Positions 23,662-35,418 of a stretch of 40,796 nucleotides of DNA are shown here, piece after piece. The translations under genes and the position numbers were made by a program. The DNA comes from Catajapyx aquilonaris (taxonomy: Eukaryota), in the NCBI GenBank assembly GCA_000934665.2, contig JYFJ02003554.1:1-40796 (forward strand), read 5' to 3'. Numbering within the stretch: the first letter of the stretch is position 1; each line of letters begins with the position of its first letter. The notes beneath the pieces were generated by a model. It did no database searches. It had not been told where the DNA came from and saw nothing but the letters and a program-made list of their open reading frames with translations.

Positions 23662-24147
23662 GTTCGTACTTGTTCAATTTTACCCTATTGTTGCGGTATG
23701 AGAAATGTTCACATCGGTTTATGTTATATAATAAGGAAAAAAAATATTGTGGAGGCACAATGAACAAATGATATGTATAAGAGTTTGTCAACATGTTTTT
23801 CTTGAGAGCAACAGGCTAACAAACTATTTGAACAATGGAGATATTATGTGCATTCTCAAGTGTTATTCTTCAAAACACACGCATAGCCTGTATAACTACA
23901 TTCAATGCTGTTTGAGAGCGCAGATGAGGGTGTCTGTATGTAAACACTATCTTTGCCCGCATGTTACAGGTGCGAGGATAAACAGCCCGCCTTTCAGCAT
24001 ATGTGGGTCACATGTGAGGAGCCTTTAGCAGGTGATTGAGAGACATGAAAACGTAAACCGTGATCTCGAATTTAAAGCAGGGCATTTACGTCGCGCACCT
24101 CGGCCAAGTCACATGACCTGTGACCCTCCCGGGTTAACCAGAGGGAC

Positions 24148-27100
24148 ATGGAATATGGACTCAACTTCAAAGTCACGGTGTCGCTCAAGAGGGAACCCAG
24201 CGGTAATCCTGTCTATGTCAAGTCTGATGGGCAGAGGTTTAAATGTAGTCGGACGGTGAAGCTCCTGGTGGACAGCACATATCGTCTGGATATCTCCTTT
24301 AAGCCTCCGCAGCATGTTGAGTAAGTTCATTTTTACATACTTTTTCCATGTTACAGTATGCGGGTGGAGAAGGCGGGGATTTTTAATTTATGCAATATTT
24401 GCAAAGTGGCGGAGTTTATGGTTCTCCGTTTTCTATATAATGATCGTGAATATGTATGCTCCCAATTTTATCGATACATTCTTGACTCTTCGGGATGAGT
24501 CATAATCTCAAGTATCTGAAGGGTAGATAAGTGAATTGATTTTTTACGATCAATATAGCGACTATAGCTGCTGGTAATGAAGGTACTGTACTTACATGCC
24601 CTTTAAAATGGTCTGAGGTGCCCAAAGCCGTTATTTTTATTGCATTAACTATCATGGAAAACATTAGTGCCGTCGATTTATGTGGGGCATTTATTTGTAC
24701 AGCGCAAATTAAATTAATGCAATAATGCGTTTGATTAGTACAGCACCAGCTAATTCTGATGCACTGATGCAGTTTGATTGGCAACATATGATTGCGTGGA
24801 CCTTAACGAGACACGAATATTTCATCGCCCTAAAAATCTGCACGCCAGTTTCTGAAAACGAACAAACTAATCCGCTAACATGTCAGGAAGGGAAATACGT
24901 CTCGCATAATTAAGATTACGAGTTAGGAAAACTACGGATGAAAGCAATCCATCCAAACCAAGAAAAGTCTGTCCTAAATTTTTCCTCTTCCACGAAATAA
25001 ATGTTTTCTCCGTACGGATTCAGCAAATCCCCAAACCTTTTGGATTATGATTGATTTCCTCGCATCCGAGCCAACCAGCTATTTTCTAGATTACTTCGGG
25101 AAAGGATTTGTGCTCGGGATTAGGATAAATCGTTTGTTCGCATCACATCGTCCTGGAATAGATTGCTTCTATAACTCACCATTTTATTTCGGACATTTAG
25201 TCCCTATGTATACTGCACAGCTGGCGACTACAAGTAGGCTCGACTGAATATTTCAAATTAAATAAATGCTCATGGAGCGTAATTTTTCAAACTGGATACG
25301 GTAGACGGTGATGTAAGGCCCTTTTAAAAAATTAGGAGTTGGAATCGAGCTTATTTATCAACTCGGACAGTTGTAAATCAGTCTGCTGTTTCAGGATCCG
25401 GCCCCTCTCTTCCTATGCATCTTAGCACATTTGTCTTTAGTTTCGGACCCACCCTCGGCTTCCACTACATTTTAATACGACAACCTCAGCGTCTTTCTGC
25501 CACTCATTTATTCCCCGATGCATTTGAAGAAAACCGTTGCTTGTGAATGGTGCATTCAAGCCAGCTGAAGAGTCGTCCCCGAATGCATAATATGTCTTCT
25601 CCAGGATGCTGAAAGAAAGTCGATGGCCCAGGCAACCTGTTAGGAGCAAAAAGGCCTTTCAGATTCGTGCCTGTAATAGAAATAAGGACCGATGAGTCAT
25701 CCCCGTCTTTTATGGAAATCGTCCATACCAACATTACCATTCAAACAAGTTTTTTTTTCAGCTCCCAATATGAAGACGCGATTAAGTTCATACGGTAGGA
25801 ATATTGAACAAATTCTACCGTTTCAAATGTCGTACCGTGCTTTCAAGGTACTTTGTTGCAGCTCCCTGCGGTTCCACAATTAATTAACTCATGTGGTGGC
25901 GGCACATGCAGGCTTAGGCAAGTCGATAGCGCTGGCCATAAACAGTGTTAATAACGTAAACCTCTGCGGTCAGGCATCCTTATTGTATAGTGGGTTCCTA
26001 GCAGTGATCAGATTCCTGAAGCACATACACTATCACATACCCATTTCTTGGTAACAAGTAGGGCGTGTAAAATCATTAAAGGGTACCACTCCGGCCATAG
26101 AGGGTCCTATAAACTAGGCTGTTTAGGACCCAAGGCGAGTAATGGAGAAAACGTGTCCAAGTAGAAATATAGCCAGTGACTTTTCACAAAAAGCTAATAT
26201 ATTGCAACCAAGGGAGCGCAAAGTTGATTTATTTCAGATGTAGCCGAAATTGCTGCCTGCAAATTATCAACGGCATGCTTCATAGAGCACATGTCGGTAT
26301 AGAAGAAAGGGTTTGGTATTAATTTCGAACATTGCAAGCGGGAAATCTGACGTCCGCTTCAATTGACTTCTATCACCTGTATTAGCAATTCAGATGGGGA
26401 ACAAGGAGTCCGGAAAGTGATAAAGCGCGTTCCCTTTTATCGGTATTGCATTCACTTTAATCTTGCCTTGGTCAATACCGACGGGCCAAAATACCTATAA
26501 ACGGCCTTCGCATGTTAACAGGCTCTTTATAGTGTGAAAATCTCGTTCACTAGCATCTGGACTGGTCCAGTATTGATTTAATCACACTTGAAATTAAATC
26601 ATTCTGTAGATTGCAATGTGGAATTGCGAACGACAGAAGCACTTGTCCGTGTCACATTCGATGGGACGCTTCATGAACAACTTGCAATTTGTCAATAATT
26701 TTAACAAATTGATGGGAGAAGCACTATTTTAACTGACACTTCCAATTCAGAACATTGCAGCCAATAAGTATGGTAGAAACTGTGTCACGAGGACCTCTAC
26801 TTCTGACCATCAGAAAATAATTGACCTGTCACAACACATGTATACCTTTTACACATCGACCAGAAGGAGCTCGCACTAGAACGGACATCTTGAGCCCCTC
26901 GCAGCTGCTTTCACAGGCATTGGTTTTGTGGGAGACCTTCAGACAACACTCGGGAGAAACAATTCCGAAATTGCTCTGGACACCTGGGATATTAACCGTC
27001 CAGACCGCAAAATTGCTTTTCCAGTTTCCATTTATTTGGTGTCCCAGTCCGCAAAAAGATCAGGTTGCAACATTCATTTATTTGCAGCACCAGCATGCAG

Positions 27101-28310
27101 GTGGATTAATCCACGTGTAATGACCAATTAAATTGCAACCCATGGTGATGAAACTTGAGCGGAGCCTTAATTCAATCAATTTGTCTCCTCTTGCCGCCAT
27201 TAAGAATCCCCTTTTCCTACTTTACCTTAATGGGTGAGAGCAAAATGGGACAATTTAGGGAAAGATCGATGCCTAGGTGCTGACGAGTCGCCAGAAGGGT
27301 TTTGGCTCCTTTTTTTAAGGCTTTTTTTTCCTTTTTCTATTTCAGATCTCTGGTGTTTCATGGCGAGAGGTTAAATCCGTGCGAAAAATCCAGGGATAGC
27401 AACGTCTCTGCTTACTCAGCCCACTTCACCAGCAACGGAATCCCTGCTTCCAAAAAGGGGCAGCGTCAAGATGTCGTTATTGTGATGGGGGCAAGTGGAA
27501 CACAATAGAACCATTTATGTTGAAGTGTTGGCAGTCTTAGATTACTTTAGGAAGACTTCACTGCAATATTTTATATTGTTTATAATAGCCTACTGTTTCT
27601 ATATTGAATGTGCAGCGAATCCTGTCTGTAGCAGACATCAACTGTTCACCACAAAAAAAAAGGTCTTGGCAGGTGACTTATTTCTTTTGTGTATAGCGTA
27701 CACTTGATCAATACTGAAAAATTCTTCAGATAGGAGGAACTCAGCTACATACTGGAATCACTTTACCATTACAGGACAACCATAGTAACACAAATTAAGA
27801 GAAAATCTCAGAATGTGTGTTAGGGATGTTACACTTAAGTAGATATTTTCACATCATTTGCATTCATACAACTAAGCGCCAATATATTGTATTGAATAAA
27901 ATGAAGGAGGAAATCCCTGATTTTCCTGATTGTGTATTCTGAATGCCTATACTTAATTTGAGCTTTTCCTTAATTTTCTCTTTGGTATTATTGGCCCTAA
28001 AACTCATAATAGGCCCTATCAAAACAGCATGTACCAAGTGAGACAGACACAACATTTCAACATCTCTAGTAGCTTAGACAGATAATAATCTGTTGAGCTT
28101 TATCGTGAGCTTTATTAATGTTTCTTATCCATTTCTGTTGTCTAGTTGGGTGAAGCAGGTAACCTAACCTCAAGCATCCAGGTGAAGTTCTACAAGGAGA
28201 GTGACACACAGCATTGTGAATGGGGAAGCAATCTACACTGCATCGAGTATGAGTGCAGTAGAAGCACAGGATCATCATCAATCACTGTCACCAAGGAGAC
28301 ATACCGGTAA
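24148..28310 (+). CDS. CNRIP1: CB1 cannabinoid receptor-interacting protein 1 (CRIP1a) homologue; exons 24148-24320, 27346-27490, 28146-28310 (160 aa)
   Basis: Spliced product: MEYGLNFKVTVSLKREPSGNPVYVKSDGQRFKCSRTVKLLVDSTYRLDISFKPPQHVESLVFHGERLNPCEKSRDSNVSAYSAHFTSNGIPASKKGQRQDVVIVMGLGEAGNLTSSIQVKFYKESDTQHCEWGSNLHCIEYECSRSTGSSSITVTKETYR. It matches remembered human CRIP1a motifs PVFYKVDGQRF, RTIKLL, KSGERQ, QVKFY, HCQWGS, IEYEC and KE along the whole length. AATAAA at 28528-28533. Confidence 0.95.
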
Positions 28311-29169
28311 CTGGAGACAAAGTATTTCACTAACAGAAAAGGGCCTGTAAGTGTCACTAACTGCACATTTTCTGATATTCTTATGCACTATTTTGTTAAT
28401 ATCACAGGAATCACATCTATGAGAAAGCATAACAACTTATTTACTTTTGATACTATTTTTGAGTTTAATATTACATCCACATCAGGACTACTAGTTCCTT
28501 CAAAAATATAATATAATATCAATTCCTAATAAATAACTGAAAGCAGCTTTGGGAAGTGACTGAACTTGACTAGCTCTCTCACTAATTTTTGCTTGCTGGA
28601 ATTGGGGTTCTACCATAATAGTGACAGTTCCACATTCATAACTGCAGACTTCACATGTGGGCTGCATGTATATTCCCAACATGTCATCTAGTCTTACAAG
28701 TTCACCTGCATGCACACCAGGTTCTTAATAGCTTCGCAGACCTTTTGTGATTAGCAGACTGTGTACTTGCCCCCAACTCGTACTGAAACCACCATGAAGG
28801 TTCTCGTCAAGGTTAGTCATGTATCTCCAACATTTCTGAGATGTCTCTTGCAACATGCATATTCAGTACCTGTCAAACAAAAATGTTGCAAAAAAAACAG
28901 GATTTTGTTCATAATAATATTTGTCTAAATGCAGAGTTATATGAAAATATCAAATGATGGAATAACACTGAGCAACACTTTAATATATTGTCTTGGGTCT
29001 TGGCCATGACTGCACTCTCAGTGTCAGGTGGAATTCATTTCGCATGTCAGGGAAGGACACCAAAAACAGATTGGTTTAAACTGATTATCTTTCATGTTGT
29101 TCCAAATAACATTAGAAGAAAAATTAAACTGCGGTTTTCCATTCTTTGTCACATGAAGTAATGACACCA

Positions 29170-30560
29170 CATGTCCGAACCTGATTTGTTGAAATCACTC
29201 CCATTCAATTGTGGATGTTGATACAAGAAAAAAAAGGTATATTAACTATACAGGGTGAAGGGAAACTCGCGCCAAATCGCCAGGTAGACTGATAGTACTC
29301 GCAAAACTAATATAGGGATGTGCAATTAGTTTTTCGCTCCATTGTGTAGTTAATGCGTATGGCTCCCTTAAAGTGTAGAGGGTCGGATGGCGGAATATGA
29401 GGCAAAACGACGAAGTGCATGGGTGTCGAACACGGATTCTTACTCTGAAGGGATTTCATCGCCTTTTGGACATGGACGATGTGTTAGGGGACCAAGGCAA
29501 GGGACCGGAGGCCCTCAAACTGACTTTTGCTTCTTAGAAGCTGGCAGAACGGATGTGACGTCACGAAACTTTGACAACATCGTACACATTAACTAGGCAA
29601 TGGAGCCCAAAACTAATTGCACATCCCTATATTAGCTTTACGAGTACTACCAGTCTACCTGGCGATTTGGCACGAGTTTCCCTTCACCCTCTATAATAAT
29701 GGTACTTGGTTTGGGAGTTACGAGTAATTGAAGTATCAGACTGATAAACTGTTAGAATTTTATTGAGGGAATCCATACCATATGTAAACAAAACTGTTGG
29801 CCATATGGGCTTACTGTTAGCCAATCTGCTTGGTGAACCGGATCTGGCCACAATTAATGGCAGACGCTGCAATTCCCTTGCCGCCTTTTGAAAAATATTA
29901 TTCCTGCTCTGCCTTGTCATTTACTCATGTCATCTCTATTTTACATTCGTGTCCCAATTGCAGCCCACTTTTTCCAGAGTGACTAACTTTCTTATGATTG
30001 TAAAATGCAAGGTAAAATGATTCTAAGTCTACAAAATTGTACAGTCACCAGCAAGAAGATGGCAGGCTTTGTACCAGTGCAGTGTGACAATAAATTTGTT
30101 GAAGCTGCTGACCATAAGTTTATCCCCGTCTTTTCAATTTTCTAGATCTAGAATGATTTTACGATCAGAAGAAAATGAGAGCAACCCTGGGAAAAATAGG
30201 CAACAATTAACAAACAGACGTAAAAAATAGATGACATGAGTAAATGACAAGGCACACCAGAAATACAAGTAATAAGGAAATAAACGCATTAAAGGAATTT
30301 ACCCTGCAACAGCTTCAACCTAGTTAGGTTCACTAGGCAGACTGGCCGAGCCCAGTTGGCCAACAAACTGTTTGTTTACATAATTATGGACTCCGGTGTT
30401 AATATGTTAACAATGCACTGCACAGGAACAATACTTACGTAAATAGCTTGTAACTCCCAAGCCAAGGTTCATTAGCATGTAGTTCAGAGGATCTTTTTGT
30501 CTTGTATCAGCATGCCGTGTTGAATGAGATGAGTGTCAACAAATTTTGGCTCAGACAGCT
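29170..30560. mobile_element. Old fold-back (long inverted repeat) element centred near 30085, with a MITE inserted in its left arm
   Basis: Collinear inverted blocks, including TGCCTTGTCATTTACTCATGTCATCT (~29910) vs AGATGACATGAGTAAATGACAAGGCA (~30229), TTGGGAGTTAC vs GTAACTCCCAA, and TGATACAAGA vs TCTTGTATCA. Ends are approximate. Confidence 0.75.
29251..29691. mobile_element. Tc1/mariner-type MITE (~440 bp, ~110-bp TIRs, TA TSD), copy 1
   Basis: ta-CAGGGTGAAGGGAAACTCG...CGAGTTTCCCTTCACCCTC-ta. A second copy lies at 36120-36563 in the opposite orientation. Confidence 0.9.
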
Positions 30561-30685
30561 TGCACTGGCCCCTCATCAGTAGTGAAACTCAAGGTTTGAA
30601 TGTTGTGATGATCTGTCATTTTCATATACTTCAAATGGCCACAGAAAGCCCTTCAAAACCTTGAATGAATTTTACTTGATTTTAA

Positions 30686-31153
30686 CCCTGGAACCATGAC
30701 GTGGGGTCTTTTAGGACCCCAAAGGAATTAAAATGCATCGCAATGAGTGATCTTGAAATGATAATGACCTGAAACTCCATGTATTCCTCAAAAAAAACTT
30801 CATTTCATGGATCAAATCAGGTTTCCTAATTTTCACACCTACCAAAATGTAGATAGGTCATTGTTTTTGGACCCATGGTCTCGTGGGGTCCATGTAGATA
30901 AATAAGATAAATAAGAAAACTCTCCACTACAAAAATGAACTGTTGCCATTTTTAAAATGTATATAACAGGAAGTGCATGTTTATTTTGAATTAGCGGTCA
31001 TTTTAGGCATTGTTCAAAGAATGATTGCATGTAGTCAATACATTGAAAAGTATTATATAAAAATTTATAAAAATTTAAATATGGCATGTGGTCCTAAAAG
31101 TCACAGTCACAGTCACAGTTAATGTCACTTTCAGGCACGTCACGATTCCATGG
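30686..31153. mobile_element. piggyBac-like MITE
   Basis: TTAA-CCCTGGAACCATGACGTG...CACGTCACGATTCCATGG-TTAA: TTAA on both sides, CC/GG termini and an imperfect TIR of about 18 bp. Confidence 0.75.
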
Positions 31154-31235
31154 TTAAGGCAAGATAGCAACCAATTGTACCAGTTGCAATGTTCACTCAA
31201 ACCATGGTCTTATAATACTAAGGTCTGGTCCCTAC

Positions 31236-31550
31236 CTCTTATTGCCTGCCGGGGCGTTTTGCGTGAGCTGCTCATTTGAGAGCGCCATGAGACCGCCTGT
31301 CACTGCTACATAACATTATGTGGCGATCCTACCGGACCGCGCTGAACTTAGGTAGAAGGGAAGCCGCTATATGCGGGCCCAACATGGCCGCCGGCGACCA
31401 TGTTGGGTCCCCCAATGTAGCGCTTCCCTTTTGTACCTATAAAGTTCAGCGCAGTCCGGTAGGGTCGCCACATAATGTAGCAGTGAATGGCTGTCTCATG
31501 GTGCTCTCAAGTGAACACCTCATACAAAACGCCCCATCACGCGATAAGAG
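31236..31550. mobile_element. GC-rich near-complete palindromic element (~155-bp arms)
   Basis: The arms pair across a centre at about 31393 (CCCAACATGGCCGCCGGCGACCATGTTGGG), for example ACATTATGTGGCGATCCTACCGGAC vs GTCCGGTAGGGTCGCCACATAATGT. Confidence 0.85.
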
Positions 31551-31614
31551 AAGATAATAGGGGTAGTGTCCGGGGGTTGACTCAAACTGACATCTAATGA
31601 GGTCTTTGTGTTTG

Positions 31615-33218
31615 TGTTAGGCTCAAACCCTGAAAATGGTCATTGAGCGATAAAACCGTCCCGACTGCGGAACGCTCCTTTTCAAATCATCCGACCCGCG
31701 GAGTGGTCATTTTTAAAATGTCCCGACCCCGAAATGCTCTTTTTACAAAGGCCAGGATGCTTTCTGGACTCAACGAAAATGTCAGAACACGAATTTCGTG
31801 TCGTGATGGCTGGTTTAGAAAACACACATGACATGTTTCAGTTTCTTGTTTCCCACTATGCCAAGTATAGACACTGGCAATAAATCACCTTATCATTGTT
31901 TGGCACATCGTCACATCGTTTTCCAGGAACTGTTACCTTCAATATTATTAGGCTATTATTTTGTTCTTTCAGGCACTGTTAGAGTGACACTTAGAATTAC
32001 ATCTAGTATTGCTTGAACTACATTTACATTATTTTCTTATCAATACAGTGCCTTTTGCAACTGCAACTTACGAATCCCTGCTGATGACCTGAATTTAAAG
32101 CTGAATTCAATCGAAAAGATACAGAACAGGAAGGAACATGGTTCAGATCTAAAAAATTTGAAACAGCAGTTGTGAACTCATTCCAAGTATGCAGCCTCTT
32201 TAAAATACCTTCTTTGGTGCGCAAGTAGTAGAGCCCAGATGCATTAATGTAGCCTATTACAACTGAAACATTCCTTTAAGAGCCAAACATCCTTTATCGG
32301 CTTCAGATTTAAATTCAGATACAGTAGTAAGCAGGGATTCGTAAGCTGCATTTGCAAAAGGTACTGCATTGATAAGAATAATGTAAATGTCATTCAAGTA
32401 ATATTAAATGTAATTCCTAGTGCCACTATAACAGTGCCTGTAAGAACAATAGCCTCATTGAGGTGCTTAAAACAAAAGGAGCCCAAGTCCATTTTTGCCA
32501 CTTTCGAGATACAATCGCCATCACGCTCAGAAGTCTACTCCAAGTACGTGCAAAATTGGTGTAAGTCCTAAGTTGGACGTTTGGTCAGTAAATGGCATAA
32601 TCTTATTTATGCTCCAAGAAGAGTTGCCTACACCATGGAGCATTTCAAGTCAATTTTCGGGGCTTTAATTTTTTTGGACTTGGGCCACTTTTGGTCTAAG
32701 CGCCTCAATTATTGAAGGTAACAGTTCCTTAAAAAAAGAAACACAAGTAATAATCGTATTAAATAAGAGTATTCATCGGAACAGTATCTGGAAAAATAAT
32801 TATGTCAAAGTAATAATGTTAATAAACAGGATCATTAAACCTTAAATATTAAGTTTTTCACCCATTTGCCAAACAACAATAAGGTGATTTATTTTCAGCA
32901 TCTATAGTCGACTTGGCATATATTGAGGAAACAAGAAACTGCCACATGTCAAGGGGTTTTCTAAACCAGCCATCACGACACGAAATTCGCATCCTGACAT
33001 TTCGTTGAATCCAGAAAGCGCCTTTTTATAAAGAGCATTTCAGGGTCTGGCCATTTTAAAAACGACCACTCCGCGGAATGGATGGTTTTAAAAGAAGCAT
33101 TCCGCGGCTTGGACGTTTTAAAATGACCATTCTACGGAATGGATGGTTTGACATGGAGCATTCCACGGTCTGGACGTTTTTTTCGCCCAATGGCTGTTTT
33201 TGGGGTTTGAACCTAACA
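31615..33218. mobile_element. Large fold-back element (~1.6 kb, ~500-bp inverted arms with subterminal tandem sub-repeats)
   Basis: Termini TGTTAGGCTCAAACCC...GGGTTTGAACCTAACA. Exact inverted block CGAATTTCGTGTCGTGATGGCTGGTTTAGAAAAC vs GTTTTCTAAACCAGCCATCACGACACGAAATTCG. Pairing continues inward to about 32100/32300. No ORF. Confidence 0.88.
32460..32706. mobile_element. MITE with GAG...CTC termini and 4-bp (C/A)ATT TSD (Sola-like), nested in the fold-back right arm
   Basis: GAGGTGCTTAAAACAAAAGGAGCCCAAGTCCA...TGGACTTGGGCCACTTTTGGTCTAAGCGCCTC. The left arm of the host element shows the empty site. Confidence 0.8.
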
Positions 33219-33791
33219 TTTGCGCTAATGTCTGTACAGTACATTATAATATCCATTCAATATAAATATAATATCCTACTGTGGAACCACTTTTTCCAAT
33301 AATTTATAAATTATAAATTTCAGTTTAATGGCAAAGCAAATGATTGCAAATTAAGGATAACTACAAAGTTCACTGTTGTTTACATAATTATGCACTAACT
33401 ATTAAAGTTTCTACACCTAGTCCTGTGTGAACAATAGGACACACTAAAAATTGGGTGTCAACAATCAACACTATTCAAAATGGAAATACCGAAATTTATT
33501 CAAAAATTCTGACTCTTTGTGGCCATTTGAAGAAAATTTTTCTTGCAATATCGAACTTGGATTTTCACAGCTCAGGTTGGAGATAGGAAGAAACTGAATT
33601 TCACTATTTCAACTATAATATCATATAGTAACAACCTCCCCTAAAAATTACTGAGTCATGACAAACCCAATTCATAATAGTTCCCTAGGCACGTTTCAGT
33701 TTCAGTAATTGTGAAATTATCACAAGATGCTAATGACTTTCAATTCCACGTGAATTTTGTTCGATTAATATAGCAAACTACATTCACAATT

Positions 33792-34039
33792 GAGGCGTTT
33801 AGAGGGAAAACGGCATATCCCAACCGACCTTCAATTTTGAGATTGTAGTGCTTTTGTACTCTCCTGCCATCTACCTTCCATGTTCTGCAGTCCCGAATGA
33901 ATTGGGATATGGCAAAGCTCCCATATTCCACTTGTAAAATTGGTCCACAATGGAAAATCATATTTTCTTGCACCACAAAAAGCCATTTATCTCAAAATGA
34001 ACTCCGGTTGGGATATGCAGTTTTTCCTCTGAGCACCTC
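33792..34039. mobile_element. MITE with GAG...CTC termini and AATT TSD (Sola-like)
   Basis: aatt-GAGGCGTTTAGAGGGAAAACGGCATATCCCAACCG...CGGTTGGGATATGCAGTTTTTCCTCTGAGCACCTC-aatt. Confidence 0.85.
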
Positions 34040-35418
34040 AATTATGCATTGGGACGTATTTAAGTCATAGTGTCATGTGGACCACTAATAATGTTGTCTA
34101 ATAACCAGCACACTGACAGGAATGCAACCCAATGCAAGAAAGCTTTAATGGCAGGTGGACACATGCCTTACAGTTGTATTTTATGCTTATGCCCATTTAC
34201 CTTTAAAGATTTCTTGCATAGAAGGACAGGGTAGCTCTAGCATATCTACTTTCCTATCGCCTGTAACAATCACAATGTGATGGCAATCTCATCATATCTC
34301 GTACAAACACTTCCCTCCTCTCAAATGCTTGTGAATCCATAACTGTCTTGTCTTATTGCTTTACAATAAATCACTTACACACTGACATAGTTGAATTTTC
34401 AACTGCTCACTTGCAGGTCATGTGATTTGAAATAGTTCAAAAGAAATCAGAATGCAAGCAGGAAGAGGTGAGTAGCCAGCTACATTATTTATTACATCCC
34501 AGCACGATACATTTTATCAAAATATGACACTCTTGAATACCCATCTAGCTTTATTCTGCCATCCTGTGCAAGAAAGCATTGCTTGCAAAGAGACAAGGGT
34601 CAAAATACCTTCCTCTGCAAGGCATCCGACATAGATTTTTTCCTTACATTCATTTGCAGGTAATACTTTCTTGCGTAGGGCAGCAATATTGTGTGTATAC
34701 AATTACTTCTTTTTACCCTTGTTAAAATTATTATAGCATATGTAGCACCTTTGATGCATCAGGAAGCCCCAACTTGACACTCAGTGATAATGCCCATTAT
34801 TCAATGTGCAGGTTGTGTATGTGTTGACTCAGAGGCAATTACAGTATGATATCATTAAAAATGCACACCTAAGAGTCATGGCTATAAATTGTACACATGT
34901 GATGTGAAGCAATTGGCAAGCTAAAATAATTCACTACTTGGATGACTTACATAATTATTCTCACATTTGCCCTGAGAGGATTAGCTGGATTAGGCTCACA
35001 TACTCTCAAAAAAGGCAAAATGAGGGGGTTAAAATGTTTCCTATGCCGCAATGCAAAAATAATCAACATCAGCAGACTAGCAGTTTTGAACTCCACTGCT
35101 TTCCAATATGGCAAAAATGGTACCCTAGTGGCATAAAATATGTCGCATCCCCCCCCCCAAATCCCTGCAAAAAATATCATTCCTCTTAAGCTCAATTATT
35201 ACTTTAAACTCTGTAATTTGTCAACAACTCATAAACGTCATTGAGCATGAAACAACCAACTCGTGTCCAATACACTGTATAAAAGAATCTTATGTGAACA
35301 ATTCCTTTCAACTTGTTTTCCTTACCCTGCAAAAAATGCTGCCTTTTCTTTCCTGCCCTCCCCCCACTGACAAATTACTGGTCCCTTGTTCATGTTAGTG
35401 CTATTCTCCTGAATACTT

